DNA of 64,000 bases, taken from positions 633,943 through 697,942 of the forward strand of contig CALKWN010000065.1 of NCBI GenBank assembly GCA_938004185.1. The letters are read 5' to 3'. Shown piece after piece: positions 58,128 to 64,000 of this stretch (position 1 is the first letter of the stretch; each line of letters opens with the position of its first letter). The position numbers and the translations under genes were made by a program. Source of the DNA: an uncultured candidate division WWE3 bacterium. Lineage in GTDB: Bacteria > Patescibacteriota > WWE3 > UBA101185 > UBA10185. The notes under the pieces are model-generated. The model was not told the origin of the DNA and searched no databases. It saw only the letters and a list, made by a program, of their open reading frames with translations.

Positions 58128-59213
58128 CTACAATCCTGAGTCAACCCCCAGGATACTGTTAATTATAGCTCGAAGTATAAATACTGACAACAGAATGAAG
58201 AGAGAACCAAGTATTGCCGCCGTAAACTGCTCTTTGCCTTCTTTTGCTCTGCCCGGGTCTCCCTCGCTAACCATAAGTAGATACCCGGAGTAAATTATGC
58301 CCATTATCCCGACAAATATTCCTGCGTAAAAGAGTATTTTGAAAACGGGGGATAGTAATCCTGCTATGTCATTTATTATGGGACCGTCGTATTGCATTAT
58401 TTCGAAGATTGATTCTGGCGAGCTACCTGCTACACAATAAGTAGTGCTGATATCGCACCCACCCTCAATACAGTAAAGGGACCCTGTTGCGGTAACACAA
58501 CAGTGATCGCCCAAAGTACCGCAATTTGCATCGGTTGGGTCGTCCCCACAAACTGTACCATAACAGTCAAGGCCTCCGAAACAAGTGTCTGTGCTAGTAC
58601 CACAACACCTCTCGCCAATATCATCACAACACGCCTGATAACCATCTAAATGCATACTAACACGGTTGTATGTGCACCAAGTCTCATCACCCTCATGCTC
58701 TGGTTGGCACACACCTCCATCGCAAATCATTGCCCCATACAAGGAACTGTCTTCGCAAACATCTCCTGGACAACAAGTCTCGCCAGGATCGTTACAATCA
58801 TTGGTGTCCTCAGTACAAACCTTACCGTAGAGTGTGGTGGTACAAACAAGGGGTGCTACACACTGGGTATTACCGCAACAAGAATCTCCGACACTATCAC
58901 AATCCTCACATACCCAAGTACTGGTATTACACATAAGAGTGCCGTCGCAGGTGCAACCACTTTTATATTGACTGGGAGTAGCATCAGAACACACCGACGT
59001 GGTTGTTCCCGATGGCGGCGTTGGTATCACAACATAACATGACTCCCCATCCCCACCACACGAAGCACCGGAGGAACATGTGGTAGCAAAGCTTTTTTGC
59101 CCCAAAACGATACCAAACAGGATTATCAAACTAAACACAAAATAACGGTGCAGAGACACTGAGTGTAATTTAAAAAGCAATGCTTTAATCTTTAAATAAA
59201 CTGGGTTTGCCAT
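58128..59213 (-). CDS. Pilin with long Cys-rich N-terminal repeat domain
   Basis: Repeated C-x6-CC-x4-C units, then SEGDPGRAKEGKEQFTAAILG. Confidence 0.75.
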   Translation of the reverse strand: MANPVYLKIKALLFKLHSVSLHRYFVFSLIILFGIVLGQKSFATTCSSGASCGGDGESCYVVIPTPPSGTTTSVCSDATPSQYKSGCTCDGTLMCNTSTWVCEDCDSVGDSCCGNTQCVAPLVCTTTLYGKVCTEDTNDCNDPGETCCPGDVCEDSSLYGAMICDGGVCQPEHEGDETWCTYNRVSMHLDGYQACCDDIGERCCGTSTDTCFGGLDCYGTVCGDDPTDANCGTLGDHCCVTATGSLYCIEGGCDISTTYCVAGSSPESIFEIMQYDGPIINDIAGLLSPVFKILFYAGIFVGIMGIIYSGYLLMVSEGDPGRAKEGKEQFTAAILGSLFILLSVFILRAIINSILGVDSGL

Positions 59214-59289
59214 GGGTACACTTAAAATCTACCAGCTGGTTTAAAAAAAATCCATAGGGAAACAAGATACTGATATAATAAACATAGTT

Positions 59290-61125
59290 ATGTTTTATCC
59301 GAAACCTGCACCCATAAAACACACGATAAAAGCAGCTAGAATACTAGTTGTGGGGTTACTCGTACTTCAAATTGGATTTATTAATATTCCCACACTCGCC
59401 GACGACCCCTGCAAAAACATCCAAGACCTAGACGACAGAGCCGAATGCTACGAAAAACAAATCGATAAAAAAGAAGACGAATACGAATCCACGAGCAGCA
59501 AGCTCGAACAAATCCGAAACACAAAAAATCAAATCAGCCAAAAAATATCCGACCTCTTAGGACAAATAAATGTGACCCAAGCTGAAATAAACGAACTGCA
59601 AGCGGAAATAACAAAAGTAAAAACCCAGCTCGATGAAATAAATTCAATACTCGCAGACCGCAAAGGAACCCTTTCCGAAAAAATCAATCTAAGAAATAAA
59701 GTTCTTCGTACTTACTCGAAAAGACACTTACTAAATGACATCGAAACCTTTCTCATTTCAAAAAATTCTGCGGGATTAAGCGGGTTTCAATTCGCAACAA
59801 TGTCTCAGGCATTTAACACTGCCGTTACCGACGAAACCGTAAAAATAATCTCCGGCTTAAACTCCGAAATAGAAAGTTATGAAAAAGACAAAGCAGAGGG
59901 GGAAAAATTAAAAGGCGAACTCGAAGATACACAAAAAGAATTTCTAGCCGCAAAAGCTGAGTTGGATGCCAGAAAAAACACCGCACAAAGTGAGTTCAAC
60001 GAAGCAGCAGAAAAAGAAACAGGCTATCAAAATAAACTCTCCAACTTGCAAAAGGAAATTTCAGAGCTTTCTTCAAAACAACAAAGTATTTTAAAACAAA
60101 AGTACGGAGATGAGTACGGATCTGTAGGTGATTACGAGCCGCCGGAAGCCAAAACTCCCGATCCTCCGTTTAAACCCGCCTTTGCAGCTTTTAGTTACGG
60201 CGCCTACACACACTACAACGGAATGAGTCAGTACGGCGCGAAAGCCCGAGCCGAATCAGGTCAGGATTACAAAGAAATTCTCAAATTCTACTACAAAGTG
60301 GGGGTCAAAGAAGAAGATGATTTTCCGGATAAAATAAAGGTTGATGGTTATGGTGAACTTGACTTTCAATATTACCTTTACGGCCTTGCTGAAATGCCTA
60401 CAAACTGGCCTTTAGACGCATTAAAAGCCCAAGCTATAGCTGGCCGAACATATGCGTACAGATCAAATAAACCTATCTGCACTACGCAAGCGTGCCAAGT
60501 ATTCAGTAAAAGCAAAGCAGACAAAGTAAAAAACGGAGAATACCCTAATTGGAAAAAGGCGGTTGACGATACGAAAGATAAAATATTAGATAACCCGACA
60601 ACATCCCAATACTCATCCACAACAGGAGGATATATAAACAACGTCGGCTGGGATACTTACGGAACGTGGCCGGGCAAAGCTTACGAGAAAAAAGGAGAAT
60701 CTCCGTGGTTTTACAAAGCCTGGTACACAAAAAGCTATAACAGTACTGACACCTGTGGCCATAACCATCCCTGGCTAACCGAAAAAGAAATGGCCGACAT
60801 ACTAAATGCCTACATAGTCTGGGATAGAGGGACAGACAGCGAAAGGGACCATATTTCACCCGTAACCACAAGTTGCTGGGGCGGTGACCCTTATTCCTTG
60901 GATGAGATGGCTGAAAAAGCCGAAAAATACGGCGATAAATATACAAAAGTAACATCCGTCGACGTGGAAATCAGCAACGGGGGTTACACTTCAAAAGTAA
61001 TTCTCGGAACCAACAAAGGCACCGTAACCTTAAGCGGAGAAACATTTAAAACCGTGTTCAATCTTCGAGCCCCGTCTTACATAGCAATAAGAAGCCGACT
61101 TTTCGATCTTGAAAAACGGGATTAA
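59290..61125 (+). CDS. Coiled-coil plus SpoIID/LytB domain protein
   Basis: GMSQYGA, EMPTNW...ALKAQAIAGRTY, CQV. Confidence 0.85.
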   Translation: MFYPKPAPIKHTIKAARILVVGLLVLQIGFINIPTLADDPCKNIQDLDDRAECYEKQIDKKEDEYESTSSKLEQIRNTKNQISQKISDLLGQINVTQAEINELQAEITKVKTQLDEINSILADRKGTLSEKINLRNKVLRTYSKRHLLNDIETFLISKNSAGLSGFQFATMSQAFNTAVTDETVKIISGLNSEIESYEKDKAEGEKLKGELEDTQKEFLAAKAELDARKNTAQSEFNEAAEKETGYQNKLSNLQKEISELSSKQQSILKQKYGDEYGSVGDYEPPEAKTPDPPFKPAFAAFSYGAYTHYNGMSQYGAKARAESGQDYKEILKFYYKVGVKEEDDFPDKIKVDGYGELDFQYYLYGLAEMPTNWPLDALKAQAIAGRTYAYRSNKPICTTQACQVFSKSKADKVKNGEYPNWKKAVDDTKDKILDNPTTSQYSSTTGGYINNVGWDTYGTWPGKAYEKKGESPWFYKAWYTKSYNSTDTCGHNHPWLTEKEMADILNAYIVWDRGTDSERDHISPVTTSCWGGDPYSLDEMAEKAEKYGDKYTKVTSVDVEISNGGYTSKVILGTNKGTVTLSGETFKTVFNLRAPSYIAIRSRLFDLEKRD

Positions 61126-61152
61126 GCACCGACGTAATGATATAATTACGAC

Positions 61153-61713
61153 ATGCTCGGATCTCTGCAGGAAAACCCTAAACACACCTCATACGAAGGG
61201 CGCGATGAAGACGAAAGGATAAAGTACGTAATCAGAAAATCCACACTTACTGCCGTCCCTTGGATAATCGCCTCGATAATGCTTTTTATAATTCCGATGT
61301 TTGTAGGTTATGTTATTTCCCTATTTCCCGAAAATACGCCTGTAATATTTGACAGCGGGTCAGTGCTCATAATTACCGTTCTTTGGTACCTTTTTTCTTT
61401 CGGTTTTTTCTTCCAAAACCTGCTGAGCTGGTTTTTTAATGTTCTGGTAATTACAAATAAAAAAATTGTTGATGTAGATTTTGTAGGATTTCTTTACAAA
61501 AATATTTCCGAAACCACCCTCGATAAAGTCGAAGACGTTACTTCAAATGTTTCGGGGCCGCTGGGAGTTACTTTTAACATCGGTGCCCTTTACATACAAA
61601 CAGCAGCAGAAAAAAGGGAGTTTGAGTTTCATGGAATAGAAGACCCTTCAAAAGTGAGAGATGTTTTAGCGGACCTTGTAGAAAATATAAAAAAACATGC
61701 GCACCACAACTGA
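61153..61713 (+). CDS. 2-TM bacterial PH-domain protein
   Basis: VITNKKIVD, LDKVEDVT, IQTA. Confidence 0.75.
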   Translation: MLGSLQENPKHTSYEGRDEDERIKYVIRKSTLTAVPWIIASIMLFIIPMFVGYVISLFPENTPVIFDSGSVLIITVLWYLFSFGFFFQNLLSWFFNVLVITNKKIVDVDFVGFLYKNISETTLDKVEDVTSNVSGPLGVTFNIGALYIQTAAEKREFEFHGIEDPSKVRDVLADLVENIKKHAHHN

Positions 61714-61942
61714 TAATTTGGAAAATTTAATAGCTCCGGAAATGGTAACCACAATAACTGATTTTGTTGTGCTAATCATGGTGGGAGGATACGCTTTGTT
61801 TTCATTCCTTTTAATGAGACAGATTAAGCTTATGAACAGAAGTTTAGCTACACCTATGGCGTCGCTGTACACTTTTATAGGGCGTCTTCACTTCGCTGTT
61901 TCATTGATATTGCTTTTAGCCGCATTGATAAATTTGTCCTAA
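61697..61942 (+). CDS. Small membrane protein (DUF5657-like)
   Basis: FSFLLMRQIKLMN motif. Confidence 0.55.
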   Translation: MRTTTDNLENLIAPEMVTTITDFVVLIMVGGYALFSFLLMRQIKLMNRSLATPMASLYTFIGRLHFAVSLILLLAALINLS

Positions 61943-61954
61943 GAAAGGGCCGGT

Positions 61955-63808
61955 ATGAAAAAGAAATTAACTGCTAAAACACAAGAGATAAATCCCCCGC
62001 TAAAACAGTTCTCCACTTCTTTTTCAAAGTGTCTCACTATAGAACCTGAATCGAAAGATCTTCAGTTAAAAAAGGGTGTTATTTACGCGGTCTATGAAAT
62101 ATCGGGAAATGCAAATTTTGACACCTCACTTGCTGACAGAGCTTTAAGAGACATGCTCCATAACAGTTATTTCCAATCGGAAAACATATCGCCCATTCAA
62201 TCTTTGGAAAAAGCTATTGTCGAGTCAAAAGAAAAAATTTTACAGCTTTCAAACGACGCGTTGAGCGCCGAACCCGCAAACGTACAACTTAATATTTCTG
62301 CCGGCGTCCTATGGGGAAATGTTTTTTACGCCGTAACAGTAGGAGAATCTGATAGCTACCTCATGCGTGAGGGAGCGGTTAAACCCATTGAATCCGTAAG
62401 CGAAGGTACTTTCGCGGCAGCTTCAGGTATTGTTCGAGATGAAGATGTTGTCATTCTCTGTACAAGACAATTCAGCAAAAACTACCCTCCACAAAAACTT
62501 CTCTCAACCAGAATAGGTGAGCAGGATTTAAAAGAAAATGAAGCCTGTATTCTTTTAAAATTTATCACCGACACATCTTTTGCCGAAGAAGAAACAGTTG
62601 ACTTCGGTTTGGAAAAACAGGCAAGCCGTACGAGAAAAAGAGAAAAAGTTGAAAAAATTATTTTAGGCGCAAGAAAAGGTCTGGAAAAGACCTCACCGAT
62701 TTTTAATAAGATAAAATGTCTTTTTGCAAACAAAAAACGACCGTCGGCTCCCCAACAGGACATTTCAGGATTAAACAGAGTGGCAAGGGGAAAAATACAA
62801 GCGGAAACAAAAAACTACGATGGAAAAACTTTTCAAAAAATAGCCGGAAAAATCGTGTATATACTTCCTATACTTGGGGTGGTTTTAGCAGTTACGCTGG
62901 CGATTCAATTAGCTGGAAAAAAAGAATCGACGGAGCAATCGCCTGAGCAAAATAATTCCGACCAGCTTGCGGTAGAACAAACAGAAAGTGAACCGATTCA
63001 AGTTGATATGGCCGAAATAACAAAAGACGACGAAGAATTTAAAGTAAAAAGAGTAAGCCCCGAAGTTTTCTACGATATAAAAATTACCGATCAAAGTGCC
63101 GAACCCTCGGAACTGGTAATAATTTCCGACTTTCTTATTGCCGCGGATTCTTCAACGGGAACAATATTCAAATCAGACGCCGACACCGCAAAATTCGTTG
63201 CAGAATCCACAAAATATCCGGGCCTTAAATCATTAATAAATCAAAACGGCCGTCTTGGATTCCTGCAAAACGGGCAGTACATTTCTTACTCTCTAACTGA
63301 TACTACTGACGCAGAATCTTTTGAGTTGGCGGGCGTTGAAATAATTAATACTTACTCCGATTATCTCTACGGAATAACCGGAGATAAACTAAACAGATAC
63401 ACAAAATCAGGCGATGTTTACGAAGAAACGTTGTGGGGGCAAAGTGCGGAATTTCAAAACTCAAAATCCTTGACCGTGGCGTATAGCATATATTTAATCA
63501 CTGCTAACGGAGAACTCACAAAACACACCAGCGGAAATAAAAATTCATTTTCGATAAAAGGACTAAACAAAGATCTTACCGGAGCAACAAAAGTAATTAC
63601 CGATATAGATTTTGACAACATATACGTTCTCGATCCCGTAAATCAGCGTATTGTTGTAATTGATACGGACGGAAACCTTGTAACACAGTACACTCACGAA
63701 CCTCAAACCTCGTGGGATTCCATTAGGGATATGAGTATAAGTTCCGATGAAAGCAAAATTTACCTTTTGAACGGCAGCAAGGTTTTACTTATAAACAACG
63801 AGATTTAA
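61955..63808 (+). CDS. PP2C-like N-terminus, TM, beta-propeller C-terminus
   Basis: VGESDSYLMR...DVVILCT; IYVLDPVNQRIVV. Confidence 0.55.
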   Translation: MKKKLTAKTQEINPPLKQFSTSFSKCLTIEPESKDLQLKKGVIYAVYEISGNANFDTSLADRALRDMLHNSYFQSENISPIQSLEKAIVESKEKILQLSNDALSAEPANVQLNISAGVLWGNVFYAVTVGESDSYLMREGAVKPIESVSEGTFAAASGIVRDEDVVILCTRQFSKNYPPQKLLSTRIGEQDLKENEACILLKFITDTSFAEEETVDFGLEKQASRTRKREKVEKIILGARKGLEKTSPIFNKIKCLFANKKRPSAPQQDISGLNRVARGKIQAETKNYDGKTFQKIAGKIVYILPILGVVLAVTLAIQLAGKKESTEQSPEQNNSDQLAVEQTESEPIQVDMAEITKDDEEFKVKRVSPEVFYDIKITDQSAEPSELVIISDFLIAADSSTGTIFKSDADTAKFVAESTKYPGLKSLINQNGRLGFLQNGQYISYSLTDTTDAESFELAGVEIINTYSDYLYGITGDKLNRYTKSGDVYEETLWGQSAEFQNSKSLTVAYSIYLITANGELTKHTSGNKNSFSIKGLNKDLTGATKVITDIDFDNIYVLDPVNQRIVVIDTDGNLVTQYTHEPQTSWDSIRDMSISSDESKIYLLNGSKVLLINNEI

Positions 63809-63901
63809 GACTATAGGATTTAGACGGTTTAGCTGATTTCTCAAAAAAGAGGCCATTGACCTTAATGGTCCTAGTAAGTAAAATACCACTGCTTAAGTAG
63901 G

Positions 63902-64000
63902 ATGATAAACAACGAGAAGTATATTCTGGAAAACCTACGAAAGACCCTCTGCTACAAATGCGGGACGAGTTTAGAGAGAGCCGAAATCGTGCCCATTTCA
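63902..64000 (+). CDS. Hypothetical zinc-ribbon protein, N-terminal part
   Basis: MINNEKYILENLRKTLCYKCG...; open to the window end. Confidence 0.5.
   Translation, partial: MINNEKYILENLRKTLCYKCGTSLERAEIVPIS

Noticed and set aside
58650-59042. Antisense ORFs within the Cys-rich pilin and other long genes
   Set aside because: Shadow frames with no SD, promoter or recognisable motifs.

Overview
This looks like a Patescibacteria (CPR; Microgenomates/WWE3-like) chromosomal segment; the taxonomy is inferred from gene content and leaderless genes, not tested. Core genes include ftsH, trpS, a Xer-like recombinase, a suf Fe-S operon, rpoD, dnaG, manC, comF, smpB with tmRNA, nine tRNAs and a VirB2/VirB6-like pilin locus with very large exported proteins. 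A tRNA-Asn (13817-13891) is the target of two tandem islands bounded by related att sites at about 22490 and 25142. Island 1 carries a large serine integrase whose C-terminus is rewritten by recombination, a Rep-like gene, an Eco47II-like RM system, a Panacea toxin-antitoxin pair and two strongly structured RNA elements. Island 2 has no integrase and carries a Cys-rich peptide plus a radical SAM/SPASM maturase (candidate RiPP). An array of co-oriented ORFan genes follows, and a 15-bp promoter motif recurs three times in the accessory regions. Four tRNA genes carry 146-178 bp hairpin-rich non-coding inserts bounded by partial tRNA duplications, one of them at an unusual Val-like tRNA with a UAU anticodon. 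All calls are by eye; no database search or folding program was run.
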